A stretch of DNA of 64,000 nt from Planctomycetota bacterium. Lineage in GTDB: Bacteria > Planctomycetota > UBA8108 > SXIK01. Under the pieces are notes generated by a model. That model was not told the origin of the DNA and ran no database searches. It saw only the letters and a list, made by a program, of their open reading frames with translations. Both the position numbers and the translations under genes were made by a program. Position 1 is the stretch's first letter. Each line of letters opens with the position of its first letter. The DNA is taken from contig OZ244999.1 in the NCBI GenBank assembly GCA_965223265.1, positions 6,272,001 through 6,336,000 on the forward strand, in the 5' to 3' direction. Shown piece by piece: positions 30,423 to 43,201 of the stretch.

Positions 30423-31943
30423 TCAGCGACCAAGACGTCGAACGAGGTCGACCGCCAGCCGCACACCGACTCCCGTGGCGCCGGCGGCAGCGTGGGACTG
30501 GTCCCGATCGGACCACGCCGTCCCCGCGATGTCGAGATGACACCATGGCATGTCGTCGACGAAGTGTGCCAAGAAAGCGCCCGCGGTCAGTGCACCGGCG
30601 TCTCGGCCACAGGAATTCCTCAAGTCGGCGACCTGACTGCGCGTGGTCTCCATGAACTCCTCGTCGAGCGGCATACGCCAGACTCGGTCACCGCTAGCGT
30701 CACCAGCAGCGAGAACCTGCGCCGCGAGATCATCGCTGTTCGACATCACTCCGGTGATCTGCGAGCCGAGCGCAACGACGATCGCACCCGTCAGCGTAGC
30801 GAAGTCGAGGACAGCGTCGGGACGAAAACGCTTGGCGTAGTGTAGCGCGTCAGCAAGTACGAGTCGCCCCTCCGCGTCCGTGTTGATCACTTCGACTGTT
30901 TTGCCGGAGGCAGACTTGAGTATATCGCCCGGCCGCATGGCCGCGGCTCCGGTGAGATTCTCGCTGGCGGGAATCAGCCCGACGACGCGCGTCGTCGCCG
31001 GGGCGAGATCGGCGATCGCTCGCAGAGCGCCGATCACCGTAGCACCGCCGCACATGTCGAACTTCATCTCCTCCATCCCCTTGGCTGGCTTGATGCAAAT
31101 GCCACCGGAGTCGAACGTGATCGCCTTACCCACGAGCACCACGGTCTTACGAGCCTTGCGACGAGGCTGATACCGCATCTCGATGAGGCGAGGTGGGCGA
31201 CGGCTACCCTGCGCGACACCGAGAATACACCCCATCTTGAGACGTTTCAGCTCGGCGGGTCCCAAAACCTTGACGGCGAGGCGATGCGAACGCCCGACGC
31301 GACGCGCCGCAGCGGCTAGGGCCTCAGGATGAAGATCGTTCGCAGGTGTGTTCGAGAGATCTCGAGAAAAGTTCACGGCGTCTCCCAGAGAAACACCGCG
31401 GCGGGCGGCGTCCTGGAGTCGCCGTGCTGCAGGCGCCCCAATGCGTCCCGTAAGCAGGGCGACTTCAGGCGTCGGCTTGCTCGGTCGCTCTGTCTTGTAA
31501 TCGTCGAAGGTGTATCCACCGTAGCGCCACCCGGCTGCGAGTTCGGCGCCGACGACGTCAGCTCCCCACGTATCGACCAAACTCGACAGAGCTTCGCTGT
31601 CGACGGCCATCGCCACCCGACGATGCCGGCTCTTAGCGAGACGTCGAGCCAATGTGGCCGTTTCGCGCCAGAGCGTCGCCGCGGTGAACTTCTCCCGATC
31701 GCCGAGTCCCCACAGCCACACAGCGCCCACTTTTCCAGCTTGCGGCGGGAAGATCGGCACGCCCTCGCCTTTGTCTCCCGCAAACGCACCAGACTTGAGC
31801 AGTCGCTTCACCGTCGCTGTGAAACCTCCGGCCGCTCCCCCGTCCTCCAACTGTGCGCCCGGAAACGGCAACGACTTCTTGCCCTTGAACACGGGAAGAA
31901 CAACGGTTGTCCCAGAAGCCGTCACGCCGCGACTGACCTTCAT
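30423..31943 (-). CDS. pepA: Leucyl aminopeptidase (M17)
   Basis: VGKAITFDSGG, MKFDMCGGA, NTDAEGRLVLAD, ATLTGA, HLDIAG; start at ATG 31943 after AAGGAG. Confidence 0.96.
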   Translation of the reverse strand: MKVSRGVTASGTTVVLPVFKGKKSLPFPGAQLEDGGAAGGFTATVKRLLKSGAFAGDKGEGVPIFPPQAGKVGAVWLWGLGDREKFTAATLWRETATLARRLAKSRHRRVAMAVDSEALSSLVDTWGADVVGAELAAGWRYGGYTFDDYKTERPSKPTPEVALLTGRIGAPAARRLQDAARRGVSLGDAVNFSRDLSNTPANDLHPEALAAAARRVGRSHRLAVKVLGPAELKRLKMGCILGVAQGSRRPPRLIEMRYQPRRKARKTVVLVGKAITFDSGGICIKPAKGMEEMKFDMCGGATVIGALRAIADLAPATTRVVGLIPASENLTGAAAMRPGDILKSASGKTVEVINTDAEGRLVLADALHYAKRFRPDAVLDFATLTGAIVVALGSQITGVMSNSDDLAAQVLAAGDASGDRVWRMPLDEEFMETTRSQVADLRNSCGRDAGALTAGAFLAHFVDDMPWCHLDIAGTAWSDRDQSHAAAGATGVGVRLAVDLVRRLGR

Positions 31944-32103
31944 TGACATCTCCTTCACTCCTTTCTCTTCTCTCAGCGCTTCTCTCTTCCCGTCCAAGTC
32001 TCAGCTTCGCTCCTGCAAAAATCGAAGCTGCGGGAACACCCACCAAGCCCTCCCCCCTTCTCCTCAATGGCGTCTGCTCAGCCGCGCTCTTCTCCGTCGA
32101 GTC

Positions 32104-32856
32104 TCAACGACGCCGGCGACGAAGCTCGACGACAAGCTCGGCAATACCGTCACGCGTCAGAGCACTCGTCTCGACCACCGTCGGGGAACCACCATCGTCT
32201 CGCGTCAGGCTTCGGCGGAGCTCGTCAGCCCAGGCACTCGCCTCTGGACGATCGCCCTGGTGTGCAACGTAGATATCCGCCGCCTCCATGTAACCAGCTT
32301 TCAACATTTGATAGCCGTCACCGGTCGACGGTGCAAGCACTAGGACGCGAGTGTCGGCCTCTCGGAACACGTTCACTTCGGTTTGGCCCACGCCGACGCT
32401 CTCAAAAAAAGTCCAATCATAGCCGGCAGCTCCGAAAACGCGGGCGGCGTCCATAAGATGCGCGGGGGTCGCTCCAGGCGGAGCTCGGTGCCCCCAACTG
32501 CGCAGAAACAGGCCGCGGTCACTGGCCAGATCAGCGAAGCGCAGTCGATCCCCGAGAAAGGCGCCGCCACTCGATTCGCTCACCGGATCGACGGCGACGA
32601 TACCCACCCGCTCGCCGCTGGCTCGCAGCTCCCTTGCAAGTTCACGCAGGAGCGAGCTCTTGCCCACCCCTGGCGGCCCAAAGACGCCGACGGCAGCGCT
32701 GCTCGCGGTCTCGGTCAGGTCGTCGAGCAATGACGCAGCGGCCGGATCATTGGACGCCAGCAACGTCAGTGCCCGCGCCACGGCTGAAGCATCCCCCCGC
32801 CTCACAGCGGCGGAACTAACCACTGCGTCGGTAGCGCCACGGTTCACAGGGGTCAT
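32104..32856 (-). CDS. MeaB/ArgK-family GTPase, short form
   Basis: GPPGVGKSS, VAVDPVS..SGGAFLGDRLR, ESVGVGQTE, GDGYQMLKAG; ATG 32856 overlaps the spoVR stop (ATGA). Confidence 0.85.
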   Translation of the reverse strand: MTPVNRGATDAVVSSAAVRRGDASAVARALTLLASNDPAAASLLDDLTETASSAAVGVFGPPGVGKSSLLRELARELRASGERVGIVAVDPVSESSGGAFLGDRLRFADLASDRGLFLRSWGHRAPPGATPAHLMDAARVFGAAGYDWTFFESVGVGQTEVNVFREADTRVLVLAPSTGDGYQMLKAGYMEAADIYVAHQGDRPEASAWADELRRSLTRDDGGSPTVVETSALTRDGIAELVVELRRRRR

Positions 32857-34343
32857 TTGATGACCTTGTCGGCGTGCCGCGTGCCGTTGTAACTGAGGAG
32901 CTTCCGGCGTTTTTCGTGGATCGTCTCGAGGTGTACAGGGCGCTGCCACAGACGAAATAGATTCTCCAGGCAGGCGCGCGCGTGGTCGAGTCGAAGCGGC
33001 ATGCCCTCGGCGCGGTGGCGGAGCAGGAGCTCGCCGCGATTCTCGTAGTTTCCGTCTTCGACGTAGATGTACGGCTGGCCGAAGTTCGACAAACTGAAAA
33101 GGAGTTTTTCCTTCACGGCGCGAAAGTCGCGGCTCGAGATGACATAGTTCTGACTCTGCTTGTTGTACTCGTACGTGAAGAGCTGATGGCGCTCGCAAAA
33201 CTCTGGCGTGAGGAACTCATCTATGAACGTCACGTCGTTGTAGATGCGACGCACCTCGAAGATCTTCTCCCGCCCCAGACCGAGGTTCCGATCCCATGTG
33301 TATTTTTCGGCAGCGCTATCGCAGTTGTCCCAATCGGGTCCGAATCGTCCCTTGTCCCAACGCGACTCGATGTCGCGAAACAGCTCAATCCCGATCTTGT
33401 ACGGATTCAACACGCCAGGACGCGTCCCCATCGTCGCGGCATGATGATCGGCGTAGTCGATGATCTCGGCTGCGGAAGCGGCTTTTTCGGTCATGATCTT
33501 CGAGTGCCAATAGCTCGCCCAGCCTTCGTTCATGATCTTCGTCATGCCCTGCGGAGCGAAGTAGTAGGCTTCTTCGCGGACGATGGCCAAGACGTCGCGT
33601 TGCCAGCGGGCAAGTTTTCCGTGCTCCATGATAAAGAGCAGGACGTCTTTTTCCGGCTGTGTCGGAAACTTCTGCATCTCGTCGAGCTCACTCTGCAGTC
33701 GCTCTCGTTCTTGCTGCAGGTAGTCCGGTGGATTGATATAGCTATCCATGTAGGACTTCGCCTTGAGGCGCGTCGGCTGCACGTGTTCGCGCGCCTTCTC
33801 CTGTTCCTCTTCTGAGGCACGCCGCCGCTTGCTCACGAAAGGCGAATGGCAGTCGATCAGGTTCTCCAGGGAGAGACAACAATCGAGGAAGTCCTCGACG
33901 GTCTCATAGCCAAAACGCTCGGCGTAGCGGCGAATGCGTACACCGTGATTGGCGATCTCGTCCATCATCTTGCGGTTCGTTCTCGAGAACCACATATTGT
34001 TCTTGAAGAAATCCGAGTGGCCGTAGACATGAGCCATCACGAGCTTCTGGTCGACCCAATGATTGCACTTCATGAGGTAGGCATAGCATGGGTCATTGTT
34101 GATCACGAGCTCGTAGATCTTTCCCAACCCGTACGCGTAGGTCTTGCTGAGCTGCCGGAAGTCCATTCCGAAGCGCCAATGGGGGTAGCGAGTGGGAAAT
34201 CCACCGTAGGCGGCGATCATGTTGAGCTCGTCGTAGTCGAGCAGCTCGAAGATGACTTCGAAGAAGTCGAGCCCGAAATCGACGGCGTAGCCGCGCACTT
34301 CGGTAACGAGATCTCGCAGCTCAGGCGTCAGGCTGGTGCTCAT
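32853..34343 (-). CDS. SpoVR/YcgB family protein
   Basis: [53 protein letters not shown]. Confidence 0.95.
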   Translation of the reverse strand: MSTSLTPELRDLVTEVRGYAVDFGLDFFEVIFELLDYDELNMIAAYGGFPTRYPHWRFGMDFRQLSKTYAYGLGKIYELVINNDPCYAYLMKCNHWVDQKLVMAHVYGHSDFFKNNMWFSRTNRKMMDEIANHGVRIRRYAERFGYETVEDFLDCCLSLENLIDCHSPFVSKRRRASEEEQEKAREHVQPTRLKAKSYMDSYINPPDYLQQERERLQSELDEMQKFPTQPEKDVLLFIMEHGKLARWQRDVLAIVREEAYYFAPQGMTKIMNEGWASYWHSKIMTEKAASAAEIIDYADHHAATMGTRPGVLNPYKIGIELFRDIESRWDKGRFGPDWDNCDSAAEKYTWDRNLGLGREKIFEVRRIYNDVTFIDEFLTPEFCERHQLFTYEYNKQSQNYVISSRDFRAVKEKLLFSLSNFGQPYIYVEDGNYENRGELLLRHRAEGMPLRLDHARACLENLFRLWQRPVHLETIHEKRRKLLSYNGTRHADKVIK

Positions 34344-35443
34344 TTGCCCTTCCCAAGAAAAACTTTGATCGACTTGTAGATCTCCTCGCGGCTGTTGATC
34401 TCAGAAAGAATCATGCGGTCGTCGTCGGGAAACGCCTCTTTGAGATCTTTGATGAACTGCCCGCTACCGTAGGCGCTCTTCACCTGGCCGTAGCAAAACA
34501 CGTTTGCCGCCGGCATGATTTTCTCGTTCAGCAGCTGCATGCAGAGCGCGGTATCTTCGCCGCCCCAGTTGTCACCGTCGGAGAAGTGAAACGGGTAGAC
34601 GTTCCAAGCTCCGAGGTCGTAGTCTTTTTCGATGATCTCGTCACACAACCGATAGGCAGACGAGATGCGGGTACCGCCGGATTCACGAATATGGAAGAAC
34701 GTGTGGCGGTCGACTTCGCGAGCGACCGCGTCGTGGATGATGTAGCGAGTCTCGATGTCGCGATATTGCGACCGCAGCCATGTGTCGATCCAAAAGCTCT
34801 CGATCCGGACCATCTCCTTCTGCTCGTTCCCCATGGAGCCGGAGACGTCCATCATGTAGAGAATGACAGCGTTCGACTGCGGCACACCTTTACGGCGCCA
34901 GCCACGGTAACGCCGGTCTTCGCGGATCGGGATGATGACAGGATTCTCAGGGTTGTAGAGGCCCGCGGCAATCTGCCGCTTCAGGGCCTCCTTGTAGGTG
35001 CGTTTGAAGTGCCTGAGGGCCTCGGGGCCGACGCGGTGAATCCCTGTGTATCGATCCGCCTCGGTTTCGATCATGCGTTGACCACGCGGCTCGATGCGCG
35101 GCAACTCAAGTTCTTCGCCGAGAATCTCCGCGAGCTCGTCGAGACTGACTTCGACCTCGAGGACGTGCTCGCCTGGCGAATCTCCCGCCTGTCCTCCCCC
35201 CTCCTCGCCCGGCTGGTTGAGGGGAGTCCCTTCCTCGCCTTCACCCTGTCCGACGCCGCCGGTCTGCTCTTCGCCATAGCGGAACTTCGGCAGCTCGATC
35301 TGAGGTAGTGGAATCGATACGAACTGATCGCCTTCCTTGGCGATGATCTCACCGCGCGTGATGTACTTCTTCAGGTTCTCTTTGACCTTGCCGCGAACGA
35401 TCTGTTTGAAACGTCGAACCTCCGGCTCGATTCGCTGAACCAC
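34340..35443 (-). CDS. YeaH/YhbH (DUF444) vWA-like protein
   Basis: [37 protein letters not shown]; GTG 35443 after GAGGTG. Confidence 0.95.
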   Translation of the reverse strand: MVQRIEPEVRRFKQIVRGKVKENLKKYITRGEIIAKEGDQFVSIPLPQIELPKFRYGEEQTGGVGQGEGEEGTPLNQPGEEGGGQAGDSPGEHVLEVEVSLDELAEILGEELELPRIEPRGQRMIETEADRYTGIHRVGPEALRHFKRTYKEALKRQIAAGLYNPENPVIIPIREDRRYRGWRRKGVPQSNAVILYMMDVSGSMGNEQKEMVRIESFWIDTWLRSQYRDIETRYIIHDAVAREVDRHTFFHIRESGGTRISSAYRLCDEIIEKDYDLGAWNVYPFHFSDGDNWGGEDTALCMQLLNEKIMPAANVFCYGQVKSAYGSGQFIKDLKEAFPDDDRMILSEINSREEIYKSIKVFLGKGK

Positions 35444-35529
35444 GGAGCACCTCACTAGCAGCAATTCTTCGGCCTTCGCCCGATGATCCCGTTCGCCACG
35501 AAAGGGCGATCGGCCTCACGCGGCCCGGA

Positions 35530-37578
<2,049 letters not shown>

Positions 37579-37630
37579 GGGGTACCTCCTGGTACGACTC
37601 TTATCGAACCGCCGCTAACCGGAACTTGAC

Positions 37631-37858
37631 CTCGAGTTTGGCCATTTCGCGCCGGCCTGGCCGGACGAGTTTCGCGGCAATTCAAAGGCCCTCCTTGTGC
37701 ATGTTCAAAAACTCCTGTCCGGCCCTTCGGGGAACGCCAGGAGCGCCGATGCCCGCGCCCGTCCTCCGCCACGACCCGAGCGGGATCGCGCCCGAGTCGT
37801 TCCTTGGCCTCGACGCTCCTGGCGCTGGCAGGCTCGACGCGAAATGGCCAAACTCGAG
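37631..37858. mobile_element. MITE-like element B (228 bp, non-coding)
   Basis: Perfect 21-bp TIR CTCGAGTTTGGCCATTTCGCG (37631-37651 / 37838-37858); flanking direct repeat TTGAC (37626-30, 37859-63); internal IR GCCAGGAGCG/CGCTCCTGGC. Confidence 0.65.
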
Positions 37859-37862
37859 TTGA

Positions 37863-38039
37863 CAGCCTGTTGAAAAAGTGCCGAGAGCCGAGGATTTGTC
37901 TCTTCGCGTCCAGATCCGCCCGCGGTCAACACAGGTCATCTCCGAGTCCTCTTCCATGTGATAGGCGGTGAGTGTTGACACGGTCGAACTGGGCGTGCAG
38001 GGGCCAGTTTCCGGCCAAATGACTGATTTCGGCGGGCTG
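37863..38039. mobile_element. MITE-like foldback element A, copy 1 (decayed)
   Basis: Starts CAGCCTGTTGAAAAAGT and ends ACTGATTTCGGCGGGCTG; aligns by eye along its length with 50336-50495; flanks TTGA/TCGA. Confidence 0.7.
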
Positions 38040-38372
38040 TCGACTGGCGCCCGGATTGTTCACGAGAGCCAGGGTGAGGTGCCGCAAGTACCCGCGCGCA
38101 CAAGAGAAACGTCCTCGCCGAAACCGACGACGGACTTCGAAGGGCCGCTCAAGCGAGCCGGAGAAGCGGACGTGGAAGGCAGCTTCCGCCACGCGCACGA
38201 GGCGCGTAGAGTCATTATACCGCCTACCGCCGCTCAGAGTGGCCGAAGCGGTGTCGCGGCCGCACTTTGGGCGTGGGTGGAAGCGTGGAGTTCCTTCAAG
38301 CCCCCCATCGGCGGCCTCCCCAGCCAAGGGAGCTGAGGCCGACCTGGCCTCGGCACGGCACCCGGCGCCTCC

Positions 38373-38418
38373 AAAAAGAAAACCCGCCGGCGAGCTCACT
38401 GTTGAGCTCACAGGCGGG
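38373..38418 (-). terminator. Rho-independent terminator of dnaK
   Basis: Stem CCCGCC..GAGCTCA / TGAGCTC..GGCGGG followed on the minus strand by TTTTCTTTTT, 30 bp after the dnaK stop. Confidence 0.8.
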
Positions 38419-38447
38419 CCATCAATTCCGAAGCTTGTGAACAGACG

Positions 38448-40397
38448 TCAGTTCTTCACTTCGTAATCAGCGTCGATGACGTTTTCGTCACCCTTAGTAT
38501 CGCCCTCGCCTTGGGACGGAGGCGGCGTGGAAGCGCCGCCGCCACTCGAAGCGCCCGTTGCGCCCGTTGCGCCAGTCGCCGCACCCGAAGCCGCGGCCTT
38601 CTCGTAGATCGCCTTTCCGACCTCCTGCGAGAGCTGCTGGACTTCTTCCTGGGCTTTCTTCATACCGTCGATGTCATCTTTGTCTCGCGCCGACTTCAGT
38701 CGGTCCAGGACCGCATTGAGGCGAGTCTTGTCGTTGTCGGAGACCGCGTCGGCGTTCTCGCTCAGAAGCTTTTCAGTCGTGTAAATAAGCTGCTCAGAAC
38801 CATTCTTGAGCTCGATGAGCTCTCGCTGTTTGCGGTCCTCGTCAGCGTGCGACTCAGCCTCCTTGCGCATGCGTTCGACCTCGTCCTTGCTCAAGCCGCT
38901 CGACGACTCAATGCGAATCGAGCTCTCCTTGCCCGTGCCAAGGTCCTTCGCCGAGACGTTCAGGATGCCGTTAGCGTCGATATCAAACGACACCTCGATT
39001 TTCGGCACGCTGCGCGGCGCTGGTGGAATCCCGTCGAGCACGAAGTGCCCGAGGAGACGGTTGTCTTTCGCCATCTCACGCTCACCTTGCCAGATCTTGA
39101 TGTCGACAGCCGGCTGATTGTCAGACGCGGTGGTGAACACTTCGTTCTTGGTGGTCGGAATCGTCGTATTGCGCTCGATGAGGCGCGTCATGACGCCGCC
39201 ATATGTCTCGACACCAAGCGATAGCGGGGTCACGTCGAGGAGAAGCACATCGCGAAGGTTTTCGTCGCCCTGCAAAATGCCGCCTTGGATCGCAGCGCCA
39301 AGCGCGACCACTTCGTCTGGATTCACCGAGCGATCTGGCTCTTTGCGGAAGATCTCTTTGACGAGCTCCTGCACGTGCGGAATCCGTGTTGAACCACCGA
39401 CCAACACGACATCGTCGATCTGGTCCGCGGACAGCCCGGCGTCCTTCAGCGCCAACTCGCATGGCTCGCGACAGCGCTCGATGGTGCTTTCAACGAGCTG
39501 CTCGAAGCGTGCTCGCGTGATTTCCATCTGCAGATGCTTAGGTCCGGACTGATCAGCAGTGATAAAGGGCAACGAGATGTCAGTCGCCACCTTCGTTGAA
39601 AGCTCACACTTGGCCTTCTCAGCTGCCTCCTTGAGGCGCTGCAGCGCCATCTGATCGCTGCGAAGATCGATCCCCTGGTCTTTTTTGAACTCCTCGGCGA
39701 TGTAGTCGAGAAGGACTTCGTCGAAGTCGTCGCCTCCCAGCTGCGTGTCACCGTTCGTCGACAGGACTTTGAAGAAACCCTCGTCGACTTCGAGAATCGA
39801 GACGTCGAACGTGCCGCCACCAAGGTCGAAGACGGCAATCTTCGCTCCCGCCGTTTGCTCTTTGAGTCCGTATGCAAGCGCAGCCGCTGTCGGCTCATTG
39901 ATGATTCGCTCGACCGTCAGACCAGCGATCGTCCCGGCGTCCTTCGTTGCTTGGCGTTGGCCATCGTTAAAATACGCCGGCACGGTGATCACTGCGCGGG
40001 TCACCTTTTCACCGAGGTACGCCTCCGCAGTCTCTTTGAGACTCGTCAAGATCATGGCGGAGATCTCGGGCGGGGTGAACTGTTCGCCGTCAACCTCGAC
40101 CTTGACGAGCTCGTCGGGGCCGCCGATCAACTTGTACGGCACTCGCTTCTCGTCCGCTTCGACCTCGCTGTGCCGGCGCCCCATAAACCGTTTGATCGAA
40201 TAAACAGTCCGCTGCGGGTTGGTCACTGACTGACGCTTCGCCGTGACGCCGACGAGGCGTCCTTTTTCGGAAAACGCGACAACTGACGGAGTGACGCGGT
40301 GCCCATCAGCATTCGGCAACACCTGCGGTTCGGAACCCTCCATCACCGCCACCACCGAGTTCGTTGTTCCCAGGTCTATTCCGATGATTTTCGACAT
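38448..40397 (-). CDS. dnaK: Chaperone DnaK (Hsp70)
   Basis: [49 protein letters not shown]-terminal IDADYEV. Confidence 0.98.
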   Translation of the reverse strand: MSKIIGIDLGTTNSVVAVMEGSEPQVLPNADGHRVTPSVVAFSEKGRLVGVTAKRQSVTNPQRTVYSIKRFMGRRHSEVEADEKRVPYKLIGGPDELVKVEVDGEQFTPPEISAMILTSLKETAEAYLGEKVTRAVITVPAYFNDGQRQATKDAGTIAGLTVERIINEPTAAALAYGLKEQTAGAKIAVFDLGGGTFDVSILEVDEGFFKVLSTNGDTQLGGDDFDEVLLDYIAEEFKKDQGIDLRSDQMALQRLKEAAEKAKCELSTKVATDISLPFITADQSGPKHLQMEITRARFEQLVESTIERCREPCELALKDAGLSADQIDDVVLVGGSTRIPHVQELVKEIFRKEPDRSVNPDEVVALGAAIQGGILQGDENLRDVLLLDVTPLSLGVETYGGVMTRLIERNTTIPTTKNEVFTTASDNQPAVDIKIWQGEREMAKDNRLLGHFVLDGIPPAPRSVPKIEVSFDIDANGILNVSAKDLGTGKESSIRIESSSGLSKDEVERMRKEAESHADEDRKQRELIELKNGSEQLIYTTEKLLSENADAVSDNDKTRLNAVLDRLKSARDKDDIDGMKKAQEEVQQLSQEVGKAIYEKAAASGAATGATGATGASSGGGASTPPPSQGEGDTKGDENVIDADYEVKN

Positions 40398-40576
40398 CCG
40401 GTTACCTCCTTCGAGCCTGCGTCGGCTCGACTCGTTTTCGTCAAGCTGAAGTGTTTCTGAGCAGAATCGTCTCGTGATCAGGCTTCGCGACGTCTGGCGA
40501 AAAACTTGAGCCCTTGTCGGAAGACAAGCTCATTCGCCTCGATCGCTATGGCGAAGTGATCACTACCTGAGGTATT

Positions 40577-40593
40577 TGCAAATCGCATACCAG
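40577..40593 (-). promoter_or_regulatory. sigma54 (-24/-12) promoter of dnaK
   Basis: Minus strand CTGGTATGCGATTTGCA: GG-N10-GC with TTGCA, about 180 bp upstream of the dnaK ATG. Confidence 0.75.
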
Positions 40594-40668
40594 CACCCGC
40601 CGAGCGACGTAAACCACCTTAGAAACGGGTGTTAAAAAGACTCTCGGCGTCCGTTGGCTGGGGTGCGA

Positions 40669-40723
40669 CTGCCACTATGACAGAGCGCCATACGCTCGCC
40701 ATAGGTGCCTGCCAGGGTGACAG
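40669..40723. promoter_or_regulatory. Paired putative enhancer (UAS) boxes CTGCCA-N3-TGACAG
   Basis: CTGCCActaTGACAG (40669-83) and CTGCCAgggTGACAG (40709-23), 40 bp apart, about 75-130 bp upstream of the sigma54 site. Confidence 0.6.
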
Positions 40724-40748
40724 CCGCCACTTCCCACCGACGTTGAGA

Positions 40749-42239
40749 TCACGACAGCCCGTAGAGCTTGATTTTGCGGTACAGGGTTCGCTCGCCGATC
40801 CCCAGCACTTTCGCGGCTTCGTGTCGATTGCCGCCGACCTGCTCGAGGGTCAAAGCGATCAGCTCCCTTTCGACATCCTTGAGCGATCGGCCGACCAAGC
40901 TCGATGTCGTGCCGCCCGTCGGTTTTTCGCTTCGGTGGATACTGGCCGGCAGGTTCTCGACGCCGAGCACCGGTCCACGCGCGATGACCACCATGTTCTC
41001 GATCGTATGCTTCAGCTCGCGCACGTTGCCCGGCCACCGGTAGGCCATCAAGATGCTCATGGCCTCACGGGTGATGCCGCTGACTGGCCTCTTGTAAATC
41101 CGCGCGAACTCCTCCAGAAAGTGATGCACCAAGAGCGTGATGTCCTGCACTCGTTCTCGAAGCGGCGGCAGGTGAATTGTCACCACTTTCAATCGGTAGT
41201 AGAGGTCTTCGCGAAACGTGTTCTCACGAATGAGCTCCTCCAGGTCGCGATTGGTCGCCGAGATCAATCGAACGTCAACCTTGATCGGTGCGTTAGAACC
41301 GACGCGCGTGATCTCCCCGTCCTCAAGCACCCTGAGCAGCTTGACCTGAGTCTCCATAGGGATGTCGCCGACCTCGTCGAGAAACAGCGTGCCGTGGTTG
41401 GCGAACTCGAAGCGACCCTTTTTCTGAAACTGAGCGCCGGTAAAAGCCCCCTTCTCGTGGCCAAACAGTTCGCTTTCAACGAGCTGGGGAGAGAGCGCAG
41501 CACAGTTCAGCGGCACAAGCGCACGCTTCTTTCTTCGACTGTTTTCGTGAATGGCACGTGCAATGAGCTCCTTCCCCGTTCCGTTCTCGCCGGTGATCAG
41601 GACGGAAACGTCAGTCTCCGCGACCTGCTTCATGAGCTCGATGATGGCACGCATCGGTTCGCTGTTGCCAATGATGCCGGAGAATCCGAACCTGCTGTCA
41701 AGCCGCTGCTCCAGGTCGCGGTTGACGCGCAGAAGTTCCTGTCGCTCGAGGGCCTTCTCAACCCGGATGCGCAGCCCGTCAATGTTCAATGGCTTGATCA
41801 AGTAATCGCTGGCGCCGCGCTTGAGCGCTTCGACGGCGTTCTCAATGGTGCCGTGGCCAGTGAACACGATCACACCAACGAACGGGTTGATCTGCTGAGC
41901 CTGACGCAGGACGTCCATGCCGTTGAAGTCGCCCAAGACAAGATCTGTGATGACGAGGTCGTACTGCCTGTCGCGCAGCTTCTGAAGAGCATCGTCACCC
42001 CGCAAGGAGACCTCACACTCGTAGCCGACCGCCCGCAGAACATCGGCGGTGCTCTCTGCGTGGTTTCGGTCGTCGTCGACAACCAAGATCGTCTTCGTTT
42101 CCGAGGCTTTCGTCCCACCAGCCTCCGATTCGGCCTCGGAGTTCGCACCTGCGGCGGCGGACTCATGAGAGTCGTCGACAGTGGCGTCGGGATCTGTGGT
42201 GTCAACGTCGGCTGGAGATGAGCGGGTTGGTTGAATCAT
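40749..42239 (-). CDS. NtrC-family sigma54-dependent response regulator
   Basis: REC (ILVVDDD, ITD, KP), GENGTGKE, ESELFGHEKGAFTGA, LFLDEVG, WPGNVREL, Fis-type HTH. Confidence 0.95.
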   Translation of the reverse strand: MIQPTRSSPADVDTTDPDATVDDSHESAAAGANSEAESEAGGTKASETKTILVVDDDRNHAESTADVLRAVGYECEVSLRGDDALQKLRDRQYDLVITDLVLGDFNGMDVLRQAQQINPFVGVIVFTGHGTIENAVEALKRGASDYLIKPLNIDGLRIRVEKALERQELLRVNRDLEQRLDSRFGFSGIIGNSEPMRAIIELMKQVAETDVSVLITGENGTGKELIARAIHENSRRKKRALVPLNCAALSPQLVESELFGHEKGAFTGAQFQKKGRFEFANHGTLFLDEVGDIPMETQVKLLRVLEDGEITRVGSNAPIKVDVRLISATNRDLEELIRENTFREDLYYRLKVVTIHLPPLRERVQDITLLVHHFLEEFARIYKRPVSGITREAMSILMAYRWPGNVRELKHTIENMVVIARGPVLGVENLPASIHRSEKPTGGTTSSLVGRSLKDVERELIALTLEQVGGNRHEAAKVLGIGERTLYRKIKLYGLS

Positions 42240-42311
42240 CGATCACATCGCGCTCGAAGCGCAGCCTCACGAAAGATGCTTTCGCGGCGGTAGAATATGA
42301 ATAGTAACACC

Positions 42312-43037
42312 TCAGCCAGCGCTCTCCGCCGCGCGGTCGGTCAGCGGAAGAAAAACACTGAACAGACTGCCCTTTCCTTCTTCGCTCTGGACGTCGATGG
42401 TGCCGCCGTGCTCTTCTGTGATGCGCTGGCACGTTGCCAGCCCCAATCCGGTCCCCTCTTTACGGGTCGAAAAGTACAACTTAAAGATGTTCTCACGGAT
42501 GTGTGAACTCATGCCACTTCCGGTGTCGACGACGTCGCCAACAATCCAGCTCGACCCGTCCCGCTCGACGAGACGCGTCCTCAGAATCAACTCGCCACCA
42601 CCGGGCTCCATCGCATGAAGGGCATTCAGAATCAAGTTGAGAAAAACTTGGCGCATCAGGTCAGGGTCGAAATGAGTCAGCGGCAACTCCGCATCGAGCC
42701 CGAGACGCGTCTCAACCGCACCCCGCCGCGCCTCGGGACCGATGAATTCCTCGAGCTCAGTCAACAAATCATTCAGCGAGCCAAGGCTCAGGTGCAGCTC
42801 ATGGCGCTCCGTGAAACGAAGAAACGACTGCACGACCCGCTCGAGACGCTCGACCTCGGCGGCCATGATCTTCAGACGTCTGACGGTGCGCAGCTCACGC
42901 GGCGATTCCGCGTCGTGCCACTCTTCCAAGAGCAACTGGGCGTTGATGCTGAGAGTGCTCAACGGGTTCTTGATTTCGTGGACGAGACTCCCCGCCATGG
43001 CAGCCACGTCAACCTGCCAGTCCTTCGCGCGCGACAC
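42312..43037 (-). CDS. Histidine kinase, HisKA+HATPase only (no sensor domain)
   Basis: HEIKNPL, QVFLNLILNA, DTGSGM, FSTRKEGTGLGL; only about 20 aa precede the H-box. Confidence 0.92.
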   Translation of the reverse strand: MSRAKDWQVDVAAMAGSLVHEIKNPLSTLSINAQLLLEEWHDAESPRELRTVRRLKIMAAEVERLERVVQSFLRFTERHELHLSLGSLNDLLTELEEFIGPEARRGAVETRLGLDAELPLTHFDPDLMRQVFLNLILNALHAMEPGGGELILRTRLVERDGSSWIVGDVVDTGSGMSSHIRENIFKLYFSTRKEGTGLGLATCQRITEEHGGTIDVQSEEGKGSLFSVFLPLTDRAAESAG

Positions 43038-43116
43038 CGTCAGATCCTCCCCACAGGACTAAGATCCTGGCCCGGGCTGAGACCCTCGGGGCCGAGGTTC
43101 CTCGTCCGGGTTGGAC

Positions 43117-43190
43117 CAGCCAAAATGGCACTGAGACGAGATTATACGGAGTTCATTGCGCACCTCCAGGCCAATCCGCCAATTTGGCAG
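43117..43190. promoter_or_regulatory. Two further GCCA-N3-TGGCA boxes upstream of the kinase gene (possible autoregulation)
   Basis: CAGCCAaaaTGGCAC (43117-31) and CCGCCAattTGGCAG (43176-90), flanking a minus-strand TATAAT at 43141-46. Confidence 0.5.
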
Positions 43191-43201
43191 AAAGAGTTCG
43201 C

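Noticed and set aside
40505-40531. HspR HAIR-like operator in the dnaK leader
   Set aside because: Only one CTTGAG half-site; it reads better as an RNA hairpin (TGAGC..TTGTC/GACAA.GCTCA) of unknown relevance
40629-42221. 530-aa plus-strand ORF, and similar long antisense ORFs (e.g. 25-1035, 2500-3531, 24679-25689, 44731-45708)
   Set aside because: Shadow ORFs opposite well-supported genes in high-GC DNA; no recognisable motifs
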